Source: Candidatus Woesearchaeota archaeon
GTDB lineage: Archaea > Nanobdellota > Nanobdellia > Woesearchaeales > GW2011-AR4
NCBI GenBank assembly: GCA_016180235.1
Contig: JACPBQ010000002.1
Location: 2,206 to 66,205, forward strand
Reading direction: 5' to 3'
Length of the DNA: 64,000 nt
The notes under the pieces are model-generated. The model was not told the DNA's origin. It made no database searches and saw only the letters and a program-made list of their open reading frames with translations. Each line of letters begins with the position of its first letter. Within the stretch, counting starts at the first letter, position 1. Shown here piece by piece: positions 9,122-18,355 of the stretch. The translations under genes and the position numbers were made by a program.

Positions 9122-11413
9122 TTATTTCATATTCATCTTCTTTACGCTCCTTTTCAGCCATTCGTTCCAGTCAAAAAATATGCGCTTACTGTCCAAAGAC
9201 CCCGTCTCTTCCTTTATCCTCTCTGATATCATGTGGAACTCGTCATTTGCCATTACAACAAAATCGGCCTCGAGCAAATTGAGCATATTGGATTTTTCGG
9301 CGTAATTCAGCAAGGTTTCTTTCATTTTTGCCCTTAGCAGTATATTGTCCCAGACAGCATCCCAGCTTCCTGCCCATTCCTTGACATTTCCTGCTATTCC
9401 TTTCAGTATCTCGCTCTCCCCGTTAATCAGGTCGTCTGTAGGCTCAAGCTGGTCAGTCCTGCTGTCATATTTCATCAGGTCAACAAACCCATTTTCCAGC
9501 AAAGGGTCATTTTCCCAGTGCTTCCTCACCTCGGTTATCTGCGTGATTCTTCTCCAGCGGTGCAGGCCGTCTGCACTCCTTATGGGATTGGCAACAACGA
9601 TAATGTCAGTTGCCTTGAAGCTTGTCCTCGGCACTCCTAAGTCGTTTACAACCCTGTCAAAGACTCCGTAAGGAGAATCTCCATGGATTGTTCCTGCTAC
9701 GACATTGGCAAGTGCTCCTATCCTCATCGCCTCGTATAATGCCAAAGCCTCCTTGCTCCTTATCTCTCCGACGATTAAAGCAGAATCTCCCATCCTTAGA
9801 GTTGTCCTTATGCCTTCATCAGCAGGGACTTCCGCACTTCCCTTTGTCAACGCTGCAGCAACTTTCAGGGGCTGTATGTTATAGCCAAGCTTTCTTAACG
9901 AAGAGGTCGGCAGTTCCAGGGTGTCTTCAATTGTAATGACCCTGTATCTTCTCATCAATTCAACAAGCAAAGACCCCAATAACGATGTTTTTCCCGCGCT
10001 CCTGGTGCCTGCAACAAGCATAGTCCTGCTGCCGTCAATAATAAAGCTCAATAATCCAGCAGCCAATGGGCTTATCATCCGGTTGTGCATGAACAATGGC
10101 AATGTCCATGGCCTGTCCCTGTGCCTTCTGAAAGCGAAAGAAATGCCGAAAGGATTCAAAGGCTCCCCGACTGCAGCAACTCTTGTGTTTGCGCCCTTTA
10201 TGCTAAGCTCGGTGTCCAGGATTGGATTTGCCTCATCAAGCGGCCTTCCCGAAACAAGCCTTAGTTTTGTGGCCCACGAGTCTGCTTCCGCGCTTGTAGG
10301 GATTATGTTCGTCTTGCAGTCTCCGTAAGTCTGGTGCACGATGAAAGCAGGGACATCTCCGATCTGGTTGTTTATTGTGACATCCTGGACTTTCTCGTCC
10401 TGCAGCAAAACCTCTATCAGCCCAAAGCCTACTGTGTATCTGACAAGGATGTTCGTAAGCTGGTCAATTTCCGATGATGTAAGCTTCATGTCCCTGTATT
10501 CTGTAAGCTCCTCGATCAGGTCCTGGCCCACATTGAAGAAAACCTGCCTCATCCTTTCCGGATCCACAAACTCGCTTCTTTCCGGCTTGTGCTCTGCCAT
10601 TATCTTCCTAGCAGTGTCAAGTATCTCATATTTCTCCTCGGTAAGCTTGAATTCAGGGGGCATGATGTGGTAAAGGTACTGCACCGTGTCGGGAAGCTCG
10701 AATATTGTAACTTCAGTATCCCCGCCAATTGTGTAAGTCTCGAGCTCTTTTGCATCATGCGGGAAAGTGGACATCAGTTTCGTGAACATGAAATCCGGCC
10801 TTACTACCGGAATGAAAAATCTCCTGTAGATTTCCCTGTCTCCTATTTTGTGGCCTGCAAGATGGGGCTTTGCAAGCGCTATGATCCCTGTTTTCTCAAA
10901 CAATGCAAGGATAAACTCAAGAAGTTCAAGGTATTTCTGGCCGCACTTTGCAAACGTGCCGTCTGCAGACTTGTCGATATTGATCCTCTCGTCCCTTGCG
11001 ATCCTCACCAGCTCCACATAAGCGCCAATTGGATCTGATCTCAACAGATTGGAGATTATGTTCTGTATAGTGGAATACCAGCTGTTGGCCCATTTTGCGC
11101 AGCTTGTGTCTGAAACCAGCTGCGTATAGCTTGAAATCTCCTTTCTCCTGATAAGCTGGGAGTACAGCCTTGCTATTTCCCTCAGCAATATTGTCTGCTC
11201 ATAGTCATACTCATAATTTCTTTTTTGAGTAAATACTATTTTTGTTGCATCCTTGACCTCAATGAGCATGTCGCATGCCTTGGACATCACAACCGGGTCG
11301 TCTTCCAGGGAAGGCGCATGTGTATAATCTTCCATGTTAACTGAAAGCAGTACATCTTCCCCCTCCCTTATCACCTCGTAAGAGAAAGGCTTCTTGTTGT
11401 CGAACAGTGCCAT
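9122..11413 (-). CDS. Type II/IV secretion system ATPase (FlaI/TadA/VirB11 family)
   Basis: Walker A GTRSAGKT, Asp box TIEDTLEL, Walker B IVGEIR, His box GTIHG. Confidence 0.9.
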   Translation of the reverse strand: MALFDNKKPFSYEVIREGEDVLLSVNMEDYTHAPSLEDDPVVMSKACDMLIEVKDATKIVFTQKRNYEYDYEQTILLREIARLYSQLIRRKEISSYTQLVSDTSCAKWANSWYSTIQNIISNLLRSDPIGAYVELVRIARDERINIDKSADGTFAKCGQKYLELLEFILALFEKTGIIALAKPHLAGHKIGDREIYRRFFIPVVRPDFMFTKLMSTFPHDAKELETYTIGGDTEVTIFELPDTVQYLYHIMPPEFKLTEEKYEILDTARKIMAEHKPERSEFVDPERMRQVFFNVGQDLIEELTEYRDMKLTSSEIDQLTNILVRYTVGFGLIEVLLQDEKVQDVTINNQIGDVPAFIVHQTYGDCKTNIIPTSAEADSWATKLRLVSGRPLDEANPILDTELSIKGANTRVAAVGEPLNPFGISFAFRRHRDRPWTLPLFMHNRMISPLAAGLLSFIIDGSRTMLVAGTRSAGKTSLLGSLLVELMRRYRVITIEDTLELPTSSLRKLGYNIQPLKVAAALTKGSAEVPADEGIRTTLRMGDSALIVGEIRSKEALALYEAMRIGALANVVAGTIHGDSPYGVFDRVVNDLGVPRTSFKATDIIVVANPIRSADGLHRWRRITQITEVRKHWENDPLLENGFVDLMKYDSRTDQLEPTDDLINGESEILKGIAGNVKEWAGSWDAVWDNILLRAKMKETLLNYAEKSNMLNLLEADFVVMANDEFHMISERIKEETGSLDSKRIFFDWNEWLKRSVKKMNMK

Positions 11414-11491
11414 TTTTGAATTTGTTGTTTTGTTTATTCGATTTTATTATCGGGATTTGATTTTTAAGTTGTTTTGATGCTTATGCAGGAT

Positions 11492-11644
11492 TTATTTGCC
11501 TTTTTTTGTTTCACTTTGCCTTAAAAGCTCCAGGGCTATCTCAATCAAATGGGACTTGTTCCTGTATTTCTTCCTGTCTTCCAGCTCCTTGTCCACCCAC
11601 TTGATTAGCTCTGCGTCAATTGTGGCGCTGATTGGCTTTTTCAT
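11492..11644 (-). CDS. Ribbon-helix-helix DNA-binding protein (50 aa)
   Basis: Manual translation MKKPISATIDAELIKWVDKELEDRKKYRNKSHLIEIALELLRQSETKKGK; RHH pattern. Alternative ATG at 11653. Below the track cutoff. Confidence 0.75.
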   Translation of the reverse strand: MKKPISATIDAELIKWVDKELEDRKKYRNKSHLIEIALELLRQSETKKGK

Positions 11645-11773
11645 ATGACCCATATTATAAAATATATTTTTTATTATTTTTAATTATTTTATATATTTTA
11701 TATTATAAACATATCCTGATATTTAAATGTTATGGAAAGCAAGGCTTAAATAGTTCTGGCATACAGATATCCC

Positions 11774-12364
11774 ATGGATCCCATATTGCAGGCCATAATC
11801 CAGCTGGTAATCCTGTTTTTTGTCATATTTGACCCTTTTGTAAGCCTGGCTGTGTTCGTTATCGCGACAAAGAATATGGGCAATAAGGAGCGCAACTTGG
11901 TTGCTGCTCTCGCTGTCATAGTGGCTGCAATAATATCCCTGGTTGTGTTGGCCTTGGGCAACAGCTTTCTCATGCTCCTAAGCACAAGCCTTGAGGATTT
12001 TAGGGTTGCAGGAGGGATTATTCTTGGGCTCCTGGGCATCAAGATGGTATGGGGACAATCGCTTGTTAATGACGCCACTATTAAGGGCAGCTCCGGGCGT
12101 GCTATTGCAGCAATAATCGCGACTCCATTGCTAACGGGCCCTGCAGCAATAACTGCCATAATAATCAGCGTTAATGATCATGGCCATGCTATAACCGGCG
12201 CTGCTGTTGGATTTGTCCTGGGCATAAGCGCCCTTATGTTCTACCAGGCAACCAACATACAAAAAGCATTGGGAAATACTACCTTGCAGGTTATATCTAC
12301 AATTCTGGGATTAATAACGATAGCATGGGGTGTAAAGTTCATAAGGCTGGGATTGGGCATTTAG
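11774..12364 (+). CDS. MarC family integral membrane protein
   Basis: LFFVIFDPF, FRVAGGIIL, ATPLLTGPAAITA motifs; about 6 TM. Confidence 0.88.
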   Translation: MDPILQAIIQLVILFFVIFDPFVSLAVFVIATKNMGNKERNLVAALAVIVAAIISLVVLALGNSFLMLLSTSLEDFRVAGGIILGLLGIKMVWGQSLVNDATIKGSSGRAIAAIIATPLLTGPAAITAIIISVNDHGHAITGAAVGFVLGISALMFYQATNIQKALGNTTLQVISTILGLITIAWGVKFIRLGLGI

Positions 12365-12391
12365 CCCCAGTCAAAAAAACAAAACATATAT

Positions 12392-12570
12392 ATAGCGGCG
12401 AAACTAAAATATTAATCAATATTCCGCCGCTATCATGAAAATCAAAGATTTTCAGGACACAAGCGCGAAGCGCTGTGCTGAACTTCGTTCATGCACAAAA
12501 AATCTATGATTTTTGTGTGTGTTCGAAAACACAAACTATTTGTGAATAAATTTTTTGTGTTTTCCGCTAT
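12392..12570. repeat. Cluster of at least five consecutive inverted repeats (BIME-like mosaic)
   Basis: ATAGCGGCG/CGCCGCTAT, TGAAAATC-AAA-GATTTTCA, AGCGC-GAA-GCGCT, CACAAAAAATC/GATTTTTGTG, GAAAACACAAA/TTTGTGTTTTC. Confidence 0.65.
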
Positions 12571-12589
12571 ATAAGTTAAAAAGAGGATT

Positions 12590-13033
12590 ATGAAAATGGA
12601 AGAACTTGGAATTCCGCCGGCACCAAAGCAGCATGCAGGCCTTTTCCGGGGCCAAAAGCCTGTGCAGGCTGACATCAGCCCTTTCTCAGAGGACATAGGA
12701 AATCTAAGCAGGAGGTTAAGGGTTCTTGAGGAAAGCTTCACCAACCTAAGAAGGGTTCTTCAGGTCACTGAGCAGAACATGCTGGATAAGAACCGCATTT
12801 TTACTACAGAGATAAGGACTATAGTTTCAGACATAAGCGACATGAAAAAGGAAATCAATGACATAAAGGAAAAAATAATGGAGCTCGTAAAGGAGCTGCA
12901 GACAGCAGCAAAGAGGGACGAGGTAAAAGTTCTTGAGAAATACATAAACCTGTGGAATCCCGTAAAATTTGTCACCCAGAACGAGGTCGAGCAGATAGTG
13001 AAGGAAATGCTCGACAGGGAAAAGGAAAAATAA
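12590..13033 (+). CDS. Coiled-coil hypothetical protein
   Basis: 147-aa ORF with heptad pattern and upstream GAGG SD-like motif. Confidence 0.7.
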   Translation: MKMEELGIPPAPKQHAGLFRGQKPVQADISPFSEDIGNLSRRLRVLEESFTNLRRVLQVTEQNMLDKNRIFTTEIRTIVSDISDMKKEINDIKEKIMELVKELQTAAKRDEVKVLEKYINLWNPVKFVTQNEVEQIVKEMLDREKEK

Positions 13034-13088
13034 GGGTTTGATTATTGATAATTAATAGGCGAGTCAGGAGTTTGAGTTTTAATAAATA

Positions 13089-13145
13089 GCGAAGCCGAGC
13101 GTATGCTAGAGAGCGAGGCTTCGCAGTAAATTTGCGGAGCAGATT
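13089..13145. repeat. Hairpin element homologous to 15851-15907
   Basis: GCGAAGCC...GGCTTCGC spanning 36 nt, followed by AGTAAATTTGCGGAGCAGATT. Confidence 0.6.
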
Positions 13146-13231
13146 TAAAAAATAAAATAAAGATTACTGCATGCTTAAATAGAAATGTTTATATACATTT
13201 TTTCAACTGAATTGTAAAAAAGAGGTATATT

Positions 13232-13876
13232 ATGGCTTTATTCAGCTTCGGCAAGAAAAAGAGCGCGCAACCAGTCCAATCAGCGCCTGGAAGCCCCATA
13301 GAGCAGGCAATGGTGATGAAGCAGAGGGGCATGGACAACAACTCCATAGTCCAGGAGCTTGAAAGGCAGGGCTATAATTCTTCCCAGATTTTTGATGTGA
13401 TGAACCAGATGAACATAAGCGGGGCAAACACGAGTATTGAGCAGCCTCCGGAATATGGCATGCCGCAGCAGGATTTTTCCTATCAGCAGCCGTATCCCCA
13501 GCAGCAATATGAGCAGCCAAGGGAAGAAAAAGAGTCTGTAAGCAGGGAGCAGATAGAAGAGATTGCAGAGTCGATAATAGACGAGAAATGGAAAGAGTTT
13601 GAGGAAGATGTCAGGAAAATAATTGAATGGAAAGACAAGACAGAGTTGAGGATAGGCCAGCTCGACCAGCAGATAAAAGATATTGCGGCTACTTTAAACA
13701 GCCTCCATAAAAACATAATAAACAAGGTTTCCGACTATGACCGGAATTTGACGGATGTCGGCACAGAGATAAAAGCCATGGAAAAGGTCTTCCAGAAAGT
13801 TTTGCCAAGCCTGACGGAGAATGTAAATAAGCTGGAAAGATTGTCTAAAGGCGCTAAGCCGTCAGTAAGAAAATAG
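13232..13876 (+). CDS. Hypothetical protein with Q/P-rich linker and coiled-coil C-terminus
   Basis: 214-aa ORF with GAGGT SD. Confidence 0.7.
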   Translation: MALFSFGKKKSAQPVQSAPGSPIEQAMVMKQRGMDNNSIVQELERQGYNSSQIFDVMNQMNISGANTSIEQPPEYGMPQQDFSYQQPYPQQQYEQPREEKESVSREQIEEIAESIIDEKWKEFEEDVRKIIEWKDKTELRIGQLDQQIKDIAATLNSLHKNIINKVSDYDRNLTDVGTEIKAMEKVFQKVLPSLTENVNKLERLSKGAKPSVRK

Positions 13877-13941
13877 GCTTAATCAGTTAATAATTATTGC
13901 TAACAAATAGTGTTGGTTAGAAAATTGAATTCTATTTTATG

Positions 13942-14445
13942 CTAAGTCTGCTTCGCAGCCAGCAATCCGATTGTAAACACTGCTATAAGGAATATAAGTA
14001 TCATACCAAGAAAATTGGGGTGGAATATGATTGTGGATGTCTTGGCAAAATCTTCCCCTCTTTCCGGAACATTGACATTTTCCCTGACGACAGCCAAGGC
14101 CCCTACAATTAATGCAACAACCAGGATGACAAGCACAATATATTTCATTGCGGGCATTTCAAGCGCTGTGGCTGAGCCTCCGAACATCTTGGCTGCTATC
14201 GCCACTATCGCAACTAATACCAGCACAACCGCAAAAACCGGGGCTATCTGCTTCACGACCTCTGTGGCTATCTCCGATATTATGACAAAGAATGATGCCA
14301 GCAGCCCTATCAGGATTATTATTATCTGGTTCTGGCCAAGCACTTTTGTATAGAGAAGCACGGCATAAACGAAAAGCCACACAAAAAGGAATACAAAAAC
14401 AACAGAAAAGCTCTGAAGGGCCGTAACATCAAGAAAAGTTGCCAT
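13942..14445 (-). CDS. Membrane protein (paralog 3 of a tandem trio)
   Basis: About 5 TM; shares an FLFVWLFVYAVLLYTKVLG-type motif with its two neighbours. Confidence 0.75.
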   Translation of the reverse strand: MATFLDVTALQSFSVVFVFLFVWLFVYAVLLYTKVLGQNQIIIILIGLLASFFVIISEIATEVVKQIAPVFAVVLVLVAIVAIAAKMFGGSATALEMPAMKYIVLVILVVALIVGALAVVRENVNVPERGEDFAKTSTIIFHPNFLGMILIFLIAVFTIGLLAAKQT

Positions 14446-14451
14446 TTTCGC

Positions 14452-15054
14452 TTATTTTCCGCCAAACATTCTGCCAAAATCCATTCCAAGCCTCTTGAAG
14501 CCTGCTAATTTCTCCCTTTCGCCTTCCCCGCCGGTAACGAATGATATAATGACGCCAAAGACAACAAGCATTATGAAGATTGCCAGCGCATCAGAGCCGA
14601 ATATTCTTTCCAGCCAGTCATCGAATCCTGCTGCGTACCATCCTGCTGAACTGCCAAATATTATTATTATTGCAACAATGGAAAAGAATCCTATCCATCC
14701 GGGCATGGACATCCCCAAAGTGACCTTGTCATGGGCAAAAACCCCTATCAGGATCATTAGCGAAATGATGCCGACTATAACAAGGCCGACCTGAGGCAGT
14801 GCGGCATTTATGATTAAAACGGGGTCAAATCCTGCAGGCAGGTCTCCTGTTATGTGCGGTATGACAATTATGAGGGCAAAAATAAGCGCTATCGCGCTGT
14901 TCATGTTCCTCTTTTCCTCTCCAAGAATCTTTGATTTTTCCAGAACCGCAAAAACTATTGTAAATATCAGGAGAAAAGGCAGCAAAACGTCCATAAGGCC
15001 CCATCTCTCCAGTGACCTTCCAAATTCCTCAAGCACAAAATTCTCTGAAGCCAA
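14452..15054 (-). CDS. Membrane protein (paralog 2)
   Basis: DVLLPFLLIFTIVFAVLEKSKILG motif; multiple TM. Confidence 0.78.
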   Translation of the reverse strand: MASENFVLEEFGRSLERWGLMDVLLPFLLIFTIVFAVLEKSKILGEEKRNMNSAIALIFALIIVIPHITGDLPAGFDPVLIINAALPQVGLVIVGIISLMILIGVFAHDKVTLGMSMPGWIGFFSIVAIIIIFGSSAGWYAAGFDDWLERIFGSDALAIFIMLVVFGVIISFVTGGEGEREKLAGFKRLGMDFGRMFGGK

Positions 15055-15111
15055 TTAACGCACCTTTTTTGATTTAATCTAAATTATTGAAGTTATACTT
15101 TTTAAACTTTG

Positions 15112-15663
15112 CTATGATTTCTTATCATGGTGGCGATGGCTGTCCTGGGTTACATAGACAACAAACATCACTATTATAATCAACAAAAAAATCGATCCTG
15201 TAACTTCTCCCCTGCTGCTGCCGCTTAAAAAGCCGAATGTATCATCCAGAAGGTTAAGGGCGTCCAGGAAAATGAAGATGAGCACAATAAATACTATTAC
15301 CATGAATGCTGTCTTCCAGCCTCCTTCCAGAAAAACCCCTTCCGGCCTTTCCTGGAAAAAAGAGCCTACAAGCAAGAGGAATAATACCACCAAAAACAAT
15401 AAAACAACAAAGTTTGATGAAACAGCTGTTATTATCTCAACAAGCCTCGAGGATGCAATGACAAGGAATGCAATTACGAATGCTGCTACCGAGTTAAGGT
15501 TTTTCTTCGTGTATTTCTTCCCGTCTATCTCCTCAACCCCGAAGACCTTTGTCCTCTCCAATAATGCAAAAACGATTGTGAAGACAAGAAGGAACGGCAG
15601 GACTACGTCAAAGATGCCTATATTATCAAAAAAATTTATTATCTCCCTGAATTGAGTTGCCAT
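15112..15663 (-). CDS. Membrane protein (paralog 1)
   Basis: DVVLPFLLVFTIVFALLERTKVFG motif; multiple TM. Confidence 0.78.
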   Translation of the reverse strand: MATQFREIINFFDNIGIFDVVLPFLLVFTIVFALLERTKVFGVEEIDGKKYTKKNLNSVAAFVIAFLVIASSRLVEIITAVSSNFVVLLFLVVLFLLLVGSFFQERPEGVFLEGGWKTAFMVIVFIVLIFIFLDALNLLDDTFGFLSGSSRGEVTGSIFLLIIIVMFVVYVTQDSHRHHDKKS

Positions 15664-15761
15664 CTTTTTTTAAATGATTTTATTCTTATGTCCATATATA
15701 AACTTTTCGAAAAGATGTATTGGAATTATACCTATAAAATATAAAAATAATACCCATAAAT

Positions 15762-15830
15762 ATAGGCTCGGCGCATTACGGCCTCGCATCATTGGTACGT
15801 AACTTTCCTAGCCGCGCCATTGTTGGGCGG
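15762..15830. repeat. 69-bp inverted copy of 9004-9072
   Basis: 68/69 identical to the reverse complement of 9004-9072. Confidence 0.9.
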
Positions 15831-15850
15831 TAATAAATGTCCATAAATAG

Positions 15851-15907
15851 GCGAGGCGAGTGATGTGGCAAGGCAACGAGCCTCGCACTATAGTTTCGGA
15901 TCAGATT
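15851..15907. repeat. Hairpin element homologous to 13089-13145
   Basis: GCGAGGC...GCCTCGC spanning 36 nt, followed by ACTATAGTTTCGGATCAGATT. Confidence 0.6.
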
Positions 15908-15975
15908 AAAAATCATAATAAACAATGTGCTACTAATTAAAAAACTTTATAAAACCAGCGTAGTTTACGGGTGAA

Positions 15976-16548
15976 ATGCTGAACAAGAGCGAATTTGGGA
16001 AAATAAGGCAGGAGCTGGCCAGGACTGAGGAAAGGAGGGAATATGTCATTCAGCTGTCCAGGGAGATAATAAACCTGTCAAAGAGGATAATTTATGCCCT
16101 GCACAGGGATGATGTCAGGGAAGCAGATTCATTGATAAAAGAGATAGATTCTAAAAAGGGTTCTCTGCTGAAAAACAACATAAAGCTCGACATCAATATA
16201 GACCAGGTTGCTTTGCAGGAGTATGTGGAAGCCTTATGCTATTACCATTTTATTAAAAACAGGAAGATCCCGGACAAAGCTGCCCTGAAAGTGGACAGCG
16301 AAAGCTACCTGCTTGGCTTGTGCGACCTTAGCGGGGAGCTTGTAAGGAAAGCTGTGAATGAAGTTGTAAAAAACAATTTTGATATAGCTTTCGGGATAAA
16401 GGGCCTTGTCGAGGAAATTTATGATGAGTTTTTGAAGTTCAACCTGAGGAACAACGAGCTGAGGAAGAAATCCGACCAGATAAAATACAACCTGATAAAA
16501 TTGCAGGATGTCATTTATGAGCTTAAGATGAAAGGTAAATTAAAATGA
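15976..16548 (+). CDS. Translin/Trax family protein
   Basis: RE..I..SREII..SK..IY.LH, QEYVEA, YLLGLCDLSGELVR motifs. Confidence 0.85.
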   Translation: MLNKSEFGKIRQELARTEERREYVIQLSREIINLSKRIIYALHRDDVREADSLIKEIDSKKGSLLKNNIKLDINIDQVALQEYVEALCYYHFIKNRKIPDKAALKVDSESYLLGLCDLSGELVRKAVNEVVKNNFDIAFGIKGLVEEIYDEFLKFNLRNNELRKKSDQIKYNLIKLQDVIYELKMKGKLK

Positions 16549-18302
16549 GGCTTAAAAGGACAAGCACATGCGGGGAGCTTGGAAAGAAGGATATCAGGAA
16601 AGAAGTTTGCCTGGCAGGATGGATTCAGTCATCAAGAGACCATGGAGGCATTATTTTTATTGATTTAAGGGACAGGTATGGGCTTACCCAGGCAGTTTTT
16701 GACCCCAAGCATGACAGGAAAACACATAAGGAAGCTGAATCATTAAGAAGGGAAGATGTAATTTCAGTTAAGGGCAAAGTCAGGGCTCGCGGCAAAGGCC
16801 TTGAAAACCCCAATCTTAAGACAGGAGAGATAGAGGTTCTCGCAGATGAATTGGAAATTCTGAGCAGGGCTGAGACGCCGCCTCTTGAAGTTGAGGACAG
16901 GGTTGATGCCGGAGAGGAACTAAGGTTAAAGTACCGCTTCCTGGACTTGAGAAGGCCTAAGATGCAGAATCATTTATTGATAAGGCATAAGGCTGCGCAG
17001 GCTGCCAGGGAATATCTGAACAAGAATAATTTCCTGGAGATTGAAACTCCGATGCTGGTAAGGGCAACTCCCGAAGGCGCCCGTGATTATATTGTTCCTT
17101 CAAGAGTAAATCCTGGCAAGTTTTACGCACTGCCCCAAAGCCCTCAATTGTACAAGCAGATTCTCATGGTTTCAGGCTGTGACAGGTATTACCAGCTGGC
17201 CAGATGCTTGAGGGATGAGGACTTGAGGGCAGACAGGCAGCCTGAGCACACTCAGATAGATCTGGAAATGAGCTTTGTTGCGCAGGAAGATGTTTTGGAG
17301 ATGGTAGAAGGCCTGTACAAGCACATGATGAAATCTGTTTTAGGCATTGACATCAAACACAAATTCCCGAGGCTGTCGCACAAGGAATCAATGGACAAAT
17401 ACGGGACAGACAAGCCTGACTTGAGATTTGGCCTTGAGCTGATTGATGTAACCGATATTGTAAATAGTTCGGATTTTGAGGTTTTTAAGAAAGCCGAGCA
17501 GGTAAAGTGCATCAATCCGGAAAAGGATTTCAGCAGGAACGAGCTTGACAGCTACATCAGTTTCTGCCAGCAGAACGGCGCCAAGGGAATGGCCTGGATG
17601 AAAGTCACAGATAAAGGCCTGGAAAGCAACATTGTGAAATTTTTTAACAATAATCTGCAAAAGAAGATTCTTGAGAAAACGAAGGCAAAAAAAGGCTCTA
17701 CTTTGATGTTCATTGCAGACAAGCCAAAAATAGCTGCTGCAATTTTGGACAAATTAAGGCTCAAATTGAGGGACGATTTAAAATTGGTCAAAGGCAATGA
17801 TTTCAGGTTCTGCTGGATTGTTGATTTTCCCCTGTTTGAATGGGATGAGGAAAATGGGAAATGGGAAGCATCGCATCATATTTTTACCGCTCCAAAAAAA
17901 GAGCACATTCATCTGTTGGAAAAAGAGCCTGGAAACGTCTATGCTGATTTATATGATTTGGTTCTTAATGGGATAGAGTTAGGATCCGGAAGCATAAGGG
18001 AGACAAATCCTGAAACTCAGCAGAAAGTCATGAAAGTCATCGGCATCAAAAAGGAAGACGCGATAAAAAAATTTGGGTTTTTGATGGAAGCTTTCAAATA
18101 TGGAACTCCGCCGCATGGAGGCATAGGCCTGGGCTTTGACCGCATTGTAGCGTTAATGTGCGGCTATAACGACATAAGGGAAGTGATTGCATTCCCAAAA
18201 AACAAGAACGCAGAATGCCCGATGGACGGCTCTCCAAGCGAAGTTGATGAAACGCAATTGAAAGAGCTGCATATTAAGAGTGATTTGGTGAAGAAAAAAT
18301 AA
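16545..18302 (+). CDS. aspS: Aspartyl-tRNA synthetase, bacterial type (probably non-discriminating)
   Basis: 585 aa with a GAD-type insertion; RDHGGIIFIDLRD, TPEGARDY, LPQSPQLYKQ, RDEDLRADRQPE, PPHGGIGLGFDR. Confidence 0.93.
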   Translation: MRLKRTSTCGELGKKDIRKEVCLAGWIQSSRDHGGIIFIDLRDRYGLTQAVFDPKHDRKTHKEAESLRREDVISVKGKVRARGKGLENPNLKTGEIEVLADELEILSRAETPPLEVEDRVDAGEELRLKYRFLDLRRPKMQNHLLIRHKAAQAAREYLNKNNFLEIETPMLVRATPEGARDYIVPSRVNPGKFYALPQSPQLYKQILMVSGCDRYYQLARCLRDEDLRADRQPEHTQIDLEMSFVAQEDVLEMVEGLYKHMMKSVLGIDIKHKFPRLSHKESMDKYGTDKPDLRFGLELIDVTDIVNSSDFEVFKKAEQVKCINPEKDFSRNELDSYISFCQQNGAKGMAWMKVTDKGLESNIVKFFNNNLQKKILEKTKAKKGSTLMFIADKPKIAAAILDKLRLKLRDDLKLVKGNDFRFCWIVDFPLFEWDEENGKWEASHHIFTAPKKEHIHLLEKEPGNVYADLYDLVLNGIELGSGSIRETNPETQQKVMKVIGIKKEDAIKKFGFLMEAFKYGTPPHGGIGLGFDRIVALMCGYNDIREVIAFPKNKNAECPMDGSPSEVDETQLKELHIKSDLVKKK

Positions 18303-18355
18303 ACATCCCATTTTTATTTAAAATTTTCTTTATATATGATTATTTTCCTGCAAAA

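Noticed and set aside
12442..12744. 100-aa minus-strand ORF
   Set aside because: Antisense to a better ORF and runs through the hairpin mosaic.
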